Source of the DNA: a virus
Lineage: Duplodnaviria > Heunggongvirae > Uroviricota > Caudoviricetes
IMG/VR virus record: IMGVR_UViG_2974540528_000001
Location: 33,169 to 97,168 of that record
Length of the DNA stretch: 64,000 bases
Strand: one strand, 5' to 3'
Position numbers and translations under genes: made by a program. The notes under the pieces are model-generated. The model did not search any database. It saw nothing but the letters and a program-made list of their open reading frames with translations, and had not been told where the DNA came from. Below are positions 1 through 10,294 of the stretch, piece after piece. Each line of letters opens with the position of its first letter. The stretch's first letter is position 1.

Positions 1-18
1 CCCCGGAGGGCCTTTATA

Positions 19-318
19 TTACGCCATAATGCCAGCAGCCTTCAGCTTGGAAAGAAGGGCATTAAAGTCGGTAACCAGTCCAGCTACGTCAGTCGCAACC
101 GTATTGGCCTGTGTTGCCGCCATTTTAACACCGCCAACCACAGAAGTGGTTGCAGCTACGGGAGCAAAAGTGGTAGGCTTACCAGTAATATCGGCCCATG
201 CCACAGATCCGCCACTGCCAGCGGCAGCAATAACATCAGCGAAGGAAATAACTCCGCCAGTTGCAATGTCAATCAGTTTTGTACCGTAGACCAGTCCAGC
301 TACACCAGATGTTGCCAT
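19..318 (-). CDS. hypothetical Gly/Ala/Thr-rich protein, possibly virion-associated
   Basis: 99-aa ORF at the downstream end of the minus-strand head module; composition low-complexity; no motif recognised. Confidence 0.35.
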   Translation of the reverse strand: MATSGVAGLVYGTKLIDIATGGVISFADVIAAAGSGGSVAWADITGKPTTFAPVAATTSVVGGVKMAATQANTVATDVAGLVTDFNALLSKLKAAGIMA

Positions 319-334
319 TTTAAATCTCCTAAGA

Positions 335-955
335 TTATGACTTCAGTGCGGATTCGAAGTCAGCTAACATATTTTCAAATGTCTTGCTCTTCGACAGGGT
401 AACACCCTTGTTTGCTGCGAATTCAGCAAGTTTGTCTTTACTACCTTTTTTGTCGGCTTCATCAAGCAGTGCAGATGCTTCAGCAAGAAGTGCCTTTACG
501 TCCACAGAGTCTGTCTCAATGATTTCTGTATTATCTTCTACAACCTGTTCAACAACGGTTTCTTCCGCTTTTGGTCTAACCGTAACAGGTTTAACTTCAG
601 ACGGAGGTGTAATGTCCCCGTTAAAGAACACGATGAAGTTGCCCATTCTCAGAGTAGAGGTCTTGGCGTCTACAGGAAGACCGGACAGGTCTGCAAGTTC
701 CTGGAAAAACTCCATGAAAGAACGAAAAGCCTTCATTTGCTTACCAAGGACGAAGCCATTTAGGGGTAAGCGGCTTGAAGCGCTAATGTTCAATTCGGGA
801 ATGTATGCCCCAAAGAACTTGAAAAGCTCTACCTTGTTCGGGAAAATGCGATAATTTTGATTTGCCATAGAATCTCCTTTGGTCCTCATAAACCTCTTGA
901 CATATAAGATCACCATGCTAATCTTAAAATGAAAAAAGGGAGAGGTGATTAACAC
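335..955 (-). CDS. hypothetical protein in head module
   Basis: 206-aa minus-strand ORF directly downstream of the putative capsid gene; acidic N-terminus; no motif recognised. Confidence 0.4.
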   Translation of the reverse strand: MLITSPFFHFKISMVILYVKRFMRTKGDSMANQNYRIFPNKVELFKFFGAYIPELNISASSRLPLNGFVLGKQMKAFRSFMEFFQELADLSGLPVDAKTSTLRMGNFIVFFNGDITPPSEVKPVTVRPKAEETVVEQVVEDNTEIIETDSVDVKALLAEASALLDEADKKGSKDKLAEFAANKGVTLSKSKTFENMLADFESALKS

Positions 956-986
956 CTCCCCCTCTTAGAGGTAGCTTTAAGCTATA

Positions 987-2000
987 TTACGCGAAAGTAC
1001 CAGTCAGTTTAACAACCAGCTCTGGGCGGCAGTTAACTGTCAGGAAGGAGGTTTCAGATTCAACCTTCTCTTCACGCAGGTAAGCAGAAGATTTGTACCA
1101 CAGGTACAGTTCTTGTGCCGGAGTATTCGCTTCACGAACATCGTCTGCTGGCGCGTAGTGGATCTGGAACATGTTGTCGATACCGCGTGGCAGCATGTAA
1201 GCTTCACCGTCCGGGATGTAGCCGGAGATATCTTCGATGTACAGAACGTTCTTATGAACGAAGGAACGGTTGTTAGCGTTCTCTTGTCCGTCACCAAGAC
1301 GACGGCGCAGCGGTTCTTGAGTGGAACTGTAGTATTGGTATGCGTTCATGATCAGCGGGTGACCTACGAAAGCAGAGAACCATTTACGAGAAGCCAGGAC
1401 TACGATGTCGTAGTTGTTTCCGTTGTCACCAGCGTTGTCGATGATGAATGCACGACCATCGTTTTCGAGCAGGTCAGACGGGTCAACTGCAACGTCAGTG
1501 AAATCTACGTTAACAACTTCCTGGGTAACACCCCATTCGGTGAAGTAGTTATACTGAGCGGTCGGGTCCTGCGGTGCCCAAGATTTACCCATGATTGCCT
1601 GAAGCATTGCTTTTTCTTTAAGCTGTTCATGAGAAATACGGATACGACGAACAACACGTTCAACTACATCCTGTACAGATTTAGGAGCGTCCGCAGTGAA
1701 ATATTTACGGAAGTTCTGTACGTCTGCCGGAGTGATCTGACGATCCAGCGGGAAGAACGGGATGTTGAAGTTTTTCAGTTGGGCCTTTTCAGTACCAACG
1801 TAGTTACGTTCACCCTGACGACGACGAGCTGGGAAGTCGGTTACAACTTCGTCAACACGCTCGATCTGGGCGATAGTAGAGACACCGTGATAAGCCTCGA
1901 AAAGGTTCATGTTGGTGATCATACGGTACTGACGAGGTACAATTTCCAGAGTTGCGCCTAGGTCAACGATCTGGAAATCATTAGTGCGTACTACTGCCAT
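987..2000 (-). CDS. putative major capsid protein
   Basis: 337-aa ORF at the end of the terminase-portal-protease-scaffold gene order; start ATG at 2000 preceded by GGAGAA RBS; call is by position and size only. Confidence 0.55.
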   Translation of the reverse strand: MAVVRTNDFQIVDLGATLEIVPRQYRMITNMNLFEAYHGVSTIAQIERVDEVVTDFPARRRQGERNYVGTEKAQLKNFNIPFFPLDRQITPADVQNFRKYFTADAPKSVQDVVERVVRRIRISHEQLKEKAMLQAIMGKSWAPQDPTAQYNYFTEWGVTQEVVNVDFTDVAVDPSDLLENDGRAFIIDNAGDNGNNYDIVVLASRKWFSAFVGHPLIMNAYQYYSSTQEPLRRRLGDGQENANNRSFVHKNVLYIEDISGYIPDGEAYMLPRGIDNMFQIHYAPADDVREANTPAQELYLWYKSSAYLREEKVESETSFLTVNCRPELVVKLTGTFA

Positions 2001-2020
2001 TATTTTCTCCTTGGTGTAGA

Positions 2021-2443
2021 TTAGATAGACGTTACTGGGATCTCAACGGAGCCGTCGTAATATTTATCAGTGATCTTCAGACCTTTGGCCTCAAGAGCAG
2101 CGATAGCAGCAGCGTTGATAGCAGTAGTACCGTCAGCAAAGAACAGTTTGGATTTGTTCAGGGTCAGACCACGAACAGCAACCACGAAATTGTATTTTTG
2201 ACCAACTACGAAAGGACGTGGCATGGTGTAAGAAGAGGTCACCAGGTCGCGGTCGGTGATTACACCAAATGCGCTTGCAGCGTCGGCAGTTGCAGCCAGA
2301 GTACCATCAGACTTAACGATCATACCGGCCTTCAGCCCTGCGGAATAAGTGATTTCCATTTCCAGGAAGCTGTAGCCCTGATCAGAAGAATCAACTTTAC
2401 CCAGGACGATGTCAGAGTAGAACCCTTGAATCGGATTAGCCAT
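2021..2443 (-). CDS. hypothetical head protein (possible decoration or accessory capsid protein)
   Basis: 140-aa ORF between scaffold-like gene and capsid gene; RBS GAGGAG upstream of start at 2443. Confidence 0.35.
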   Translation of the reverse strand: MANPIQGFYSDIVLGKVDSSDQGYSFLEMEITYSAGLKAGMIVKSDGTLAATADAASAFGVITDRDLVTSSYTMPRPFVVGQKYNFVVAVRGLTLNKSKLFFADGTTAINAAAIAALEAKGLKITDKYYDGSVEIPVTSI

Positions 2444-2462
2444 TTATATTATCTCCTCGATA

Positions 2463-3458
2463 TTAGGCAGTTTTGCGAGCGCGAGCAGCTTCTAGAGCTT
2501 TCTGCACGTTAGCTTTAAGAACATCTTCGGCGGACTTAGCTAGGTCTTCAGTAACAACCTCTTGGTTGATACCATTTTCCTGAGTACCGAACTCTTTCTT
2601 CACAGTTTCAACTTCTGTTTCCAGTTCGCTAATACGAGCTTGGGCTTTTTCCAGAAGAGCTACCACTGGGGCGTTAGCTTTTTCAATGATGAAGTCAGCA
2701 AGAGATTCATGGTCTTCTTCAGCGGCAAAAGTAAAACCTTTGGCTTTTGTAAGAGCATTTTTCTTTTCTGCTTCAACAGCAGCCTTGATAATCAGTTCTG
2801 CTTGGGCATTTTTTGCATTAGCTTCTTCAAGCTTTTTAACCAGGTCCAGGTACTCCTGGGATTTGGTTACATCAACAGTATCGGACACAGAGGTCTCCTT
2901 GTTTTCAATTGTATTTTGAACAGGTACGTCTGGTTTAGCAGCGTCCTTGATGACCTCAGTCTCCTGAGTGTCTTTGGCATCAAAAATGACACCGTGCTCT
3001 GCAACACCCTTCTCAAACATCTGTTGGAGTTTGATTAGTTCATATTGCTTCACAAGGTCCAGCTCTTCACCTGCATTTGCAGCTTTGGCGATAGAGATGG
3101 ACTCCATCTTCGATTCTAACCATTCTTGGTTATCATCATTCCAACGTTGCAGCCATTCATCATCAGGATTTTCAGCAGCAGCGTTTTCCAGTTCTGTTTC
3201 GAAGCCCAAAAGTTTGGCAAGGAGTTCAGCATCACTACTCCACATATCGAAGAAGCGACGAAGGAATTCTTCAAAGCTCATATCGACAGTAACTTGGCGA
3301 AGTGCCTTAACCACGTCTTTGGTAATCTGTTCAGGTGCAAGGTCAGACTTCATCAGAAGACTAACCGGACGCATATTTGCAGAATAACCTTGACTCTCGT
3401 GGCAGAGTGCGATACCCTTATCCTTAATAGTTTTGGCCTTGACTACGAGTGCGCTCAT
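2463..3458 (-). CDS. putative scaffolding protein
   Basis: 331 aa, highly acidic, long predicted coiled-coil (EELDLVKQYELIKLQQMFEK, EEANAKNAQAELIIKAAVEAEKK); sits between protease-like gene and capsid gene; start overlaps upstream gene stop. Confidence 0.5.
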   Translation of the reverse strand: MSALVVKAKTIKDKGIALCHESQGYSANMRPVSLLMKSDLAPEQITKDVVKALRQVTVDMSFEEFLRRFFDMWSSDAELLAKLLGFETELENAAAENPDDEWLQRWNDDNQEWLESKMESISIAKAANAGEELDLVKQYELIKLQQMFEKGVAEHGVIFDAKDTQETEVIKDAAKPDVPVQNTIENKETSVSDTVDVTKSQEYLDLVKKLEEANAKNAQAELIIKAAVEAEKKNALTKAKGFTFAAEEDHESLADFIIEKANAPVVALLEKAQARISELETEVETVKKEFGTQENGINQEVVTEDLAKSAEDVLKANVQKALEAARARKTA

Positions 3459-4084
3459 TCGTTTTCCTCGGCAATCTCAATCCCGAAATCGAGTCCGGTG
3501 ATTTCACCAGTCTCCTTGTCTGTGTAGCCAGAGCATTGAATGCTCAGTCCACCGACAGCGTTGGCCTTTTTCAAGAGCCACAGTTCAGGATCATTGTATT
3601 TAACCTTAGCTACCCAGGTGCCAGCTTTAATGATTTGCTCGCTACCGATAACCACGACATCAAACTCTTCTTGAATCCAAGTCTTCTCGATGGTAAAGGC
3701 ATCAGTCTCGACAATGTGGAACAGGTTCTCTTTAACAAGACCAGCCGCTCGCGCAGCATCGAAACTTTCCTTACCTTTGACGATTGTCTCTGGAGACATC
3801 CATTCACCGTGGGCATCCCTAGTGTTTGGTTCATAAATGACTTCGTAAGAAATCATTTGTTCTCCAGCATCTTTGACAACAGATACAGGCTTGGCATTCT
3901 TTTGAATTGCTGTCTTCTTCAGCCCTACATGGAGTACATCTTTAGATGCTTTCTCAATAGCGGCTTCAGGAGATAGGCCTGAATCAATCAGGCCATTTGC
4001 GAGAACCAGCACCTTGCTCTTCTGAATGAGAGACAGATTCGATACTGATGCAGGAAGGTCAGCAATACTTGAGTATTTCATCAT
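3455..4084 (-). CDS. putative prohead (head maturation) protease
   Basis: 209-aa ORF immediately after portal gene; position typical of HK97-type prohead protease; no catalytic motif confirmed. Confidence 0.4.
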   Translation of the reverse strand: MMKYSSIADLPASVSNLSLIQKSKVLVLANGLIDSGLSPEAAIEKASKDVLHVGLKKTAIQKNAKPVSVVKDAGEQMISYEVIYEPNTRDAHGEWMSPETIVKGKESFDAARAAGLVKENLFHIVETDAFTIEKTWIQEEFDVVVIGSEQIIKAGTWVAKVKYNDPELWLLKKANAVGGLSIQCSGYTDKETGEITGLDFGIEIAEENE

Positions 4085-4148
4085 TTTCCCCGTTGATAGT
4101 TATTTTAACACCGTTTATTTTCTTTTGCAAGTTATTTCAGTGAGTTGC

Positions 4149-5696
4149 TTAGTTATCCAAGTTAGAGACAGAATTATCTCTTACTTTAGACGTCCCATTA
4201 CCAGAAGTACCTTGCTTCATTCCATCACCGGAGCGACTGGTATCTTCCCCAAGGATCTTGAGTAGTTCCTCTTGAGATGTGTTTTCAGGAATCTCTTCAT
4301 CAAACCCACCAACCTCAAGGATCTTGTTGATAACTGTAGGTGTCTTCGGCAGATAACCAACAGCACCAATTCTCTGAACAAATTTGGAGAAGCTTTCCAT
4401 ATCAACTTCCTGGATAGCTCCAGGCTTAAGTCTTGGCATGTCTTCATCAGACAAACGGATATTATTAAGAGCGAGTAGTTGAGGAATCAAGTTCTTGTTG
4501 AATGATTCACAAATAATATCGATATCTCGTTGAACAAAATGTCCGTGGATTGTTTGTTTTGATTCCGACAGGTTGTAAGACCCTTGACCATCATTCCCTA
4601 AGTTGATGAATCCCGCACCAAATCTGTCCAAGATCGCCTTCTTACGCTCTTGTATTAGGTCCTTGGTACTGTACTGTTTACCAACCCCATCGATTCCCTT
4701 AAGGGTCATCTTATACTGCTCACCGCCCTTATCATTCATATCTGAAGGTAAGATGAAGTAAGATTGTTCACCTGAATGTGCGTTTGCAGCGTCAGCCATC
4801 AGGCCACGAACCATATCTGCTTCAGGTGATCTCGGGTCCATAGATGCCTTATTCAGAATTGAAGAAGGGATCTTTAATTCAATGATACCGCCGAGGTCCT
4901 TAGATGCCCCTATAACTTCGAGGTTTTCGATCAGGATTTTTTCACGGAATGCACGGTAACAACCAACAAGAGGTGATACACCTGTAGGGTTTGATTCTGT
5001 CCCACCAAGAGACATTATCATCAACTTATTCACAGGAATGAATTTCTCATCCGCACTTCCTGACAGATTTGTGACGAGACTCATGGCCCCAGCAATCTGG
5101 TTCATCCCGTTCTGGAAATTAGCAAAAGCTAGTGCGCTTTGATAAACACCTGTGATTGTCCTTCCATCATCGCTGAAGACAAAAGGTTTTGTACGAGAGA
5201 GGCTTGACTGAGGACGGAAAGCAATTTTGTCGATCGTCATATAGCCTGCGTACTTAGATGGCGCGGATTCTGTTCTGTAGACCTTTTCGAATACAGAGAA
5301 ACCATACTCGTTAAATGTCGCAGCACTTCTCGCCACATCGCGAAGCGTCTGTTGGTTAGCAAGATTCTTCAGAGCATACTCGACGAAATCTGCCGCTTTT
5401 TTAGACTCTTCACTATCTCGGTTGAAAAGAATTTTAAAATCATTGAAAGCCTTGGTGACAAAAACATATTTCGTATCCAGCGCTGTGGCAACAGTATGGT
5501 CTTGCTTCATGGAATCCACTGTTGCGAGGAACATAGGCCAGCGGAGTTCTTCAACCTTCATAATCTCAGATTCAGCACGGATCTGAGACAATGCTCCACT
5601 ACCAAGTTCTCCAGTACGGACACGACTCACAGCAAGGTTTTCATTCCCTGCTTTTGCCACCGCATTCTTTCTTTTTCTGTTTCTGCGATTTGACAC
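4149..5696 (-). CDS. putative portal protein
   Basis: 515-aa ORF immediately downstream of terminase large subunit on the same strand; size and position typical of portal; basic N-terminal tail. Confidence 0.6.
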   Translation of the reverse strand: MSNRRNRKRKNAVAKAGNENLAVSRVRTGELGSGALSQIRAESEIMKVEELRWPMFLATVDSMKQDHTVATALDTKYVFVTKAFNDFKILFNRDSEESKKAADFVEYALKNLANQQTLRDVARSAATFNEYGFSVFEKVYRTESAPSKYAGYMTIDKIAFRPQSSLSRTKPFVFSDDGRTITGVYQSALAFANFQNGMNQIAGAMSLVTNLSGSADEKFIPVNKLMIMSLGGTESNPTGVSPLVGCYRAFREKILIENLEVIGASKDLGGIIELKIPSSILNKASMDPRSPEADMVRGLMADAANAHSGEQSYFILPSDMNDKGGEQYKMTLKGIDGVGKQYSTKDLIQERKKAILDRFGAGFINLGNDGQGSYNLSESKQTIHGHFVQRDIDIICESFNKNLIPQLLALNNIRLSDEDMPRLKPGAIQEVDMESFSKFVQRIGAVGYLPKTPTVINKILEVGGFDEEIPENTSQEELLKILGEDTSRSGDGMKQGTSGNGTSKVRDNSVSNLDN

Positions 5697-5711
5697 GAGT
5701 CATCCCCTCTA

Positions 5712-7211
5712 TTATAATCGTGTATACATAGTCGGAGCAACAATCCTTGGGATTACGACAGGTCTGATGATCTCCGTTTTCTCCAGGAAGTTAATACCTG
5801 AAGAGATGGCGTCAACCCAATCGTCCTTACGGGACACGGTGCTTCGCTCGCCATTAAATTTCTCAAGTTCATTCATGAGGGCTTCATATGTCTTTGCATC
5901 AAAACTACTACGTACAATACGGACAAAGCCTTGCTGTGCAAGCTGGGCAAATGGTGCAAAACGAGTAAGTTTCGACTTGTTGCCTGGCGTAGGGTCTTTC
6001 TCAACCACATAACCATCCGCGAGCAATGCTCTTGAGCTGGTGAGGAATTCGCTTATACCAGCCTGGCCTGGGTCAACTGAGAAAATAATCGTTACATCAT
6101 CGCCATCATGTTCTGCTTGTTTTTTGATAATTGCATCACGTTCGCCAGCCTTCTTACAGAAGCGGCCCTGCGTCCCGGTAGAATAAGGACCATCATCAAC
6201 AAAATCTGGGTGATAGTCACCAGAAAGATAATAGAATCCCTCGGTATCTTTACTTACCTTGACCGATGCAGTAAAGTCAGGGAACTTGTTGCCTGTTGAG
6301 CGTTCAGTTCCCGCCTTGTCATATGGTCTTACAGAAGTACAGCCTAAAGGTAGCGTCGCGACTTCTTTCAAGAAAGACCTTTGGAAATAGTTTGCACCTT
6401 CTGGGCGAACCTTCCAGTTACCATACAACAGCTGTGCTTTTTCAACTTCAGGAAGACCTTCAAGAAATGCAAGATAATCTGGGTTGTTTTCCAGCATTGG
6501 CGGATTATCGAAAATTGTTGCGCTAATAAACGAGAAGGAGAGCGGCTTAGGCTTCTTGTGGATATCTTCACCATCCCAGTATCGTTCAATCAATTCTTCT
6601 GCGCTATCACCCCAAATGAAATCACCATCACGACGGATGAACCAACGGATAACACCATCACGTTCTGGGATAGGATAACCATCCTCGTCGAGATACCAAT
6701 CTATCAGCTCTTTAATCTTATGATCAGGATCAGGGTTACAAGAGATGACCATACGGCTTGGGTATTTAGATTCGGAACGTAAACGAGACATCAGATATTC
6801 GATCTGCGTCCATTCAAACTGTGTTCCTTCGTCAAACCCTACAAAAGTATACTGAAGACCCTGATGAGAAAGCTTGTCTTTCTCATATTCCATGTGCGAC
6901 CATTTAACTTTTGCACCCGAAGGGAAGATAGCCTTCAGGTCTTTTTCTCGGAAGCGCGGCTTCCACTCAGGCGATAATTCACTATAGATACCACGAGCTG
7001 TTTCATACAAACCACCCGCACCGACAATCTGCGGTGTAAGTCTTCGGAACATGATACAGTTTGAGCGAGGATCATCTATTAAGGCTAAGGGCATAAGTTG
7101 CAACAGGTAAGATTTACCTGATCCCGCAGCGCCCCCAATGATCAGGATTTGCGCCTTATTTTCCAGGATCATTTTCTGCTTGGGGCTGGCGGGTCCAAAA
7201 GTGGTACTCAA
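5712..7211 (-). CDS. terL: terminase large subunit
   Basis: 499 aa; Walker A P-loop ILIIGGAAGSGKSYLL near N-terminus; acidic nuclease-type residues in C-terminal half; head of the head-morphogenesis operon. Confidence 0.8.
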   Translation of the reverse strand: MSTTFGPASPKQKMILENKAQILIIGGAAGSGKSYLLQLMPLALIDDPRSNCIMFRRLTPQIVGAGGLYETARGIYSELSPEWKPRFREKDLKAIFPSGAKVKWSHMEYEKDKLSHQGLQYTFVGFDEGTQFEWTQIEYLMSRLRSESKYPSRMVISCNPDPDHKIKELIDWYLDEDGYPIPERDGVIRWFIRRDGDFIWGDSAEELIERYWDGEDIHKKPKPLSFSFISATIFDNPPMLENNPDYLAFLEGLPEVEKAQLLYGNWKVRPEGANYFQRSFLKEVATLPLGCTSVRPYDKAGTERSTGNKFPDFTASVKVSKDTEGFYYLSGDYHPDFVDDGPYSTGTQGRFCKKAGERDAIIKKQAEHDGDDVTIIFSVDPGQAGISEFLTSSRALLADGYVVEKDPTPGNKSKLTRFAPFAQLAQQGFVRIVRSSFDAKTYEALMNELEKFNGERSTVSRKDDWVDAISSGINFLEKTEIIRPVVIPRIVAPTMYTRL

Positions 7212-7300
7212 AGGACCTCCATTATTCTATGCTATAGGAGGATTTTACCACGAAAGATCATAAAAATAAAGCCCTTATCACGAAATAAGGGCCTTGTCAA

Positions 7301-7591
7301 TCACTTTTGAGGTGTAAATATGTTACGAATGTATGCCTGAAGGATAAGCAATTTGCTACGTGTATCTGCTGCTTCAAGATTATTTTTCTTAACAATAGCA
7401 CTGTTTTTAGCGTTATCAGCACCATAGGGAAGTGGTGTTGGGTCAGAAGGGGGGATCATCGCGTGAGCAGGCGGCTTAGAAAGCACCTCAGAGGGATTAA
7501 ACTTCTCAACCACTGGAACTACCTTCTGTGGAGACTCGCATCCAACAAGCATGATTACAGAGAGGAATATGGCAAGCAAACTCTTTCTCAT
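7301..7591 (-). CDS. o-spanin (outer-membrane lipoprotein, Rz1-like)
   Basis: 96 aa; signal peptide with lipobox LVGC; proline-rich mature part; start overlaps stop of upstream i-spanin-like gene by 4 nt. Confidence 0.6.
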   Translation of the reverse strand: MRKSLLAIFLSVIMLVGCESPQKVVPVVEKFNPSEVLSKPPAHAMIPPSDPTPLPYGADNAKNSAIVKKNNLEAADTRSKLLILQAYIRNIFTPQK

Positions 7592-7992
7592 TTAACCCCC
7601 AAGCTTTCATTATAGATATCAACAAAGTCGTTATCCAGCCCAAACTTTTTACCCGCTTCAGATTTGTTATATGCCTGTTGTTTTTCATCGAGTCGGGATC
7701 TAAGTAAATCATTCTTAGCCTTCTCTTCTGCAAGCTGGCGACTCAGTTCATCAGAGAAGTCTTGCTGCACATTTTTGAAATCTTGATTTGCATCTTTGTT
7801 GTTTCTCATTTGCAGAACCCATTTGTTATCCGTATCATTAACCCCACGGCTATAGGCCTGCTGTATTTGGTCATCATACCACCACTTAACTTCAAAAGCG
7901 CCCCACAGGAGCGCCAGAGAAAGGACAGCAACGATAACCAGTTTGGTGTGTCCCTTTATAAAGGTCCAAACCACACTGATAAAATTTATCAT
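7588..7992 (-). CDS. i-spanin (inner-membrane spanin, Rz-like)
   Basis: 134 aa; N-terminal TM helix (LVIVAVLSLALLWGAF) followed by charged coiled-coil; immediately upstream of the lipoprotein gene. Confidence 0.55.
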   Translation of the reverse strand: MINFISVVWTFIKGHTKLVIVAVLSLALLWGAFEVKWWYDDQIQQAYSRGVNDTDNKWVLQMRNNKDANQDFKNVQQDFSDELSRQLAEEKAKNDLLRSRLDEKQQAYNKSEAGKKFGLDNDFVDIYNESLGVK

Positions 7993-9446
7993 GAGATATC
8001 CCCATCACAATCTAATAGTTCAACAATAGTCACCTTATTCCGAGGAGCCTTATCTTCTCGGTTTACAGACACTCGCCCATCTCCTTCGTACTCAAGGATA
8101 AGCGGATCTTCCACGATAACCTTAAACAGACAAGCACCAGGTTCTATCTCCCCTACGTGCCAACTCCCCTGAACCCCATTCTTGCATAAGAGCTTGTACC
8201 TCTCTTGTGCAGCATCAAGATCAAAATAAATCCTGATCTTATCTAGCATCTCTGGATTGTCGATGCTATTGCTATTAAGGCCGAATACGTGTTTTTCGGT
8301 ATGCGCCTGCATCATGTAAAAATGCACAGCACTGGATACCGCCCAGAATTCCTTGAAATACAGGCGATCGGTGTTTTTACGCAGGCGTTGGAAAACATTG
8401 AAGATATCTTTAGCTTCGAGATTAAAACGCCGTTGGCCTTTACGCTTGTCGGTGATAGTGGCAATCGTGCTGATAGCAATATCACCTGCATTATCCAGTT
8501 TATCAAATAATCCCTCAAATGAAAACGGCTCTTTTGTATCGAAGAGTTCTTCAACGTTTGTCCCATACATACCGCTAAGATGCTTTTTGGCATCTTCCCA
8601 GCTTTCCATTTTGAGACTTGCGACGGCAACACCCAACTTCATTGTTTCTCGACGGGAGATTGTATACCCACGGGCCTCGTACTTTGACGCTCGGAGCATA
8701 CTGATGATCGGGTAGTCTGTCGCTGGATTAAGAACCAACACTTTCTGTGCAGCATGTTTAAGGAAACGACTGTCAAACACCCATGTTTCATCACTAAATG
8801 AGAAGGCACCCATGTTGATGGTGTAGTCAAACTTATCAAAGATCTGCCCAGCGTTCTCAAATACCGAGAATGCAATGCATTGAATCACTGGATTAGAACC
8901 ATCTGAAAACATAATGCTTTTGTCTGTCATGCCGATATTACGAACATATGAGACTTTCTTCTTTCTACTTTCGAGCAGTTTTTCAATACCATCCCAAGTC
9001 GATTCAGAGATATCAGACAGATCAAAAGGGCAGTCACTGGCAAACTTATCTTCCATCTCCAAGATCTCTTGCTTAGACACTTTCTGAGAAAGAACCTTGA
9101 ATCTTGGCGCACGGGATTCCCATACCTCTTTCCCATTGTCTAAAATGAAGAAATCACGATAAACACGTTTCTCTTCATTGTATCCCATCGTTTTAGGTGA
9201 CAGGTCATGTTCACCTTTTCGTAGGTCTATATCCATCATGTAAGTAATGAAGATCTCCAAGTCATCCCATGAACGGAAGTACAGGTCGAGATCATTAACT
9301 TCCCGGTTGGTAAAGAGAGCCGTGATAGCGCCTCCTGCGATTATAACATCGAGGCTGCGAAGGATATGGTAAATATCCTCAGAGAAAAAACTTTTTAGTA
9401 AACGGTATTCTCGAAGATGCTCATTCTTCTCGTAAGTGTGGATCAT
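7989..9446 (-). CDS. hypothetical protein with Pol-beta-type nucleotidyltransferase-like N-terminal motif
   Basis: 485 aa; N-terminal IIAGGAITALFTNREVNDLDLYF fits the hG[GS]-x9-13-DhD NTase signature; rest unrecognised. Confidence 0.35.
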   Translation of the reverse strand: MIHTYEKNEHLREYRLLKSFFSEDIYHILRSLDVIIAGGAITALFTNREVNDLDLYFRSWDDLEIFITYMMDIDLRKGEHDLSPKTMGYNEEKRVYRDFFILDNGKEVWESRAPRFKVLSQKVSKQEILEMEDKFASDCPFDLSDISESTWDGIEKLLESRKKKVSYVRNIGMTDKSIMFSDGSNPVIQCIAFSVFENAGQIFDKFDYTINMGAFSFSDETWVFDSRFLKHAAQKVLVLNPATDYPIISMLRASKYEARGYTISRRETMKLGVAVASLKMESWEDAKKHLSGMYGTNVEELFDTKEPFSFEGLFDKLDNAGDIAISTIATITDKRKGQRRFNLEAKDIFNVFQRLRKNTDRLYFKEFWAVSSAVHFYMMQAHTEKHVFGLNSNSIDNPEMLDKIRIYFDLDAAQERYKLLCKNGVQGSWHVGEIEPGACLFKVIVEDPLILEYEGDGRVSVNREDKAPRNKVTIVELLDCDGDIS

Positions 9447-9479
9447 TCTGGTCTCCTTTAGTAAGCTACTTTTAGAGTG

Positions 9480-9512
9480 TACCAGAAAAAGAAAAGCCCC
9501 GCAAGAGCGGGG
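9480..9512 (-). terminator. rho-independent terminator downstream of the tRNA array (minus strand)
   Basis: + strand GAAAAGCCCCGCAAGAGCGGGGC reads on the minus strand as GCCCCGCTCTTGCGGGGC followed by TTTTCTTTTTCT. Confidence 0.5.
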
Positions 9513-9557
9513 CGAGGCAAAGGAGAGGAGATATAATAATTTATTGTTATTAGAATT

Positions 9558-9633
9558 TGGATGCGGGTAGCAGACTCGAACTGCTCTTCGTTCGGCTTAT
9601 GAGACCGATGAACTCCCTGAGTTCTAACCCGCA
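9558..9633 (-). tRNA. tRNA-Met(CAT)
   Basis: Hand-folded cloverleaf: acceptor TGCGGGT/ACCCGCA, T-arm GCAGTTCGAGTCTGC, anticodon stem TCGGT/GCCGA with loop CTCATAA; CCA encoded. Confidence 0.8.
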
Positions 9634-10175
9634 ATTGTTTTGTAATCATTCACAGCCAAGAGAAATTTCTCATCTTCTCTTGTTGAATGCTCAAGAATGT
9701 GACAGTTTGCGCACAGCAGTTCACATTTCTCTATTTCTGGCAGTAAAGACTCCCAAGACTTATTGGAAAACCTTCCAATTTCGAAATCTTTATCACGAAG
9801 ATGATGAAACTGTAGTGCCACAGGATTATCATATCCGCAACGATTACAACAGCCGCCTAAATGGTCTATAGCTTTCAGTTTATTTCTGTGCCTTCTTATT
9901 TTTGTAATGCAGGTAGGGCATGTGTGTCGCCTCTTGCACTCTTTACCGCAGACCTTGCAACTGTTGGGAACTTCTTTTCTGTTGTTTGGTAGGTTTATGG
10001 TTTTTAGTTTAAGGGAGATAAGGCGAGACTTCATAGTGGAAGTAGGTATCCCAAAATGTTTTGCTAGCATACTCACAGAGTAGCCTCTCGCAATAAGTTC
10101 TTCAATGTTTTCCATAAAACCCTTAATTGGTGCAGAGAGAAGGTATCGAACCTTCCTCTCAAGCTCTTCAGGCAA
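9624..10175 (-). CDS. HNH homing-endonuclease-like protein
   Basis: 183 aa; Cys-rich with HNH core (QFHHL...CELLCANCHILEH); located inside the tRNA array. Confidence 0.65.
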   Translation of the reverse strand: MPEELERKVRYLLSAPIKGFMENIEELIARGYSVSMLAKHFGIPTSTMKSRLISLKLKTINLPNNRKEVPNSCKVCGKECKRRHTCPTCITKIRRHRNKLKAIDHLGGCCNRCGYDNPVALQFHHLRDKDFEIGRFSNKSWESLLPEIEKCELLCANCHILEHSTREDEKFLLAVNDYKTIAG

Positions 10176-10208
10176 GCGCTAATCCGTCTCAGCTATCTCT
10201 GCATAAAG

Positions 10209-10294
10209 TGGTGGGCAAGGAGAGACTCGAACTCTCACACCGCAAGGGCGCTGGAACCTAAATCCAGTGCGTCTACCAATTCCGCCACTTGCCC
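10209..10294 (-). tRNA. tRNA-Leu(TAG)
   Basis: Acceptor GGGCAAG/CTTGCCC, long variable arm, anticodon loop TTTAGGT, T-arm GAGAGTTCGAGTCTCTC, CCA encoded. Confidence 0.8.

Noticed and set aside
1113-1961. Long antisense ORFs inside the capsid, portal, terminase, NadV and NrdA genes (for example 1113-1961 +, 5352-5693 +, 19641-20333 +, 44353-44679 -)
   Set aside because: They lie entirely within better-supported genes on the opposite strand, have biased low-complexity composition and no RBS
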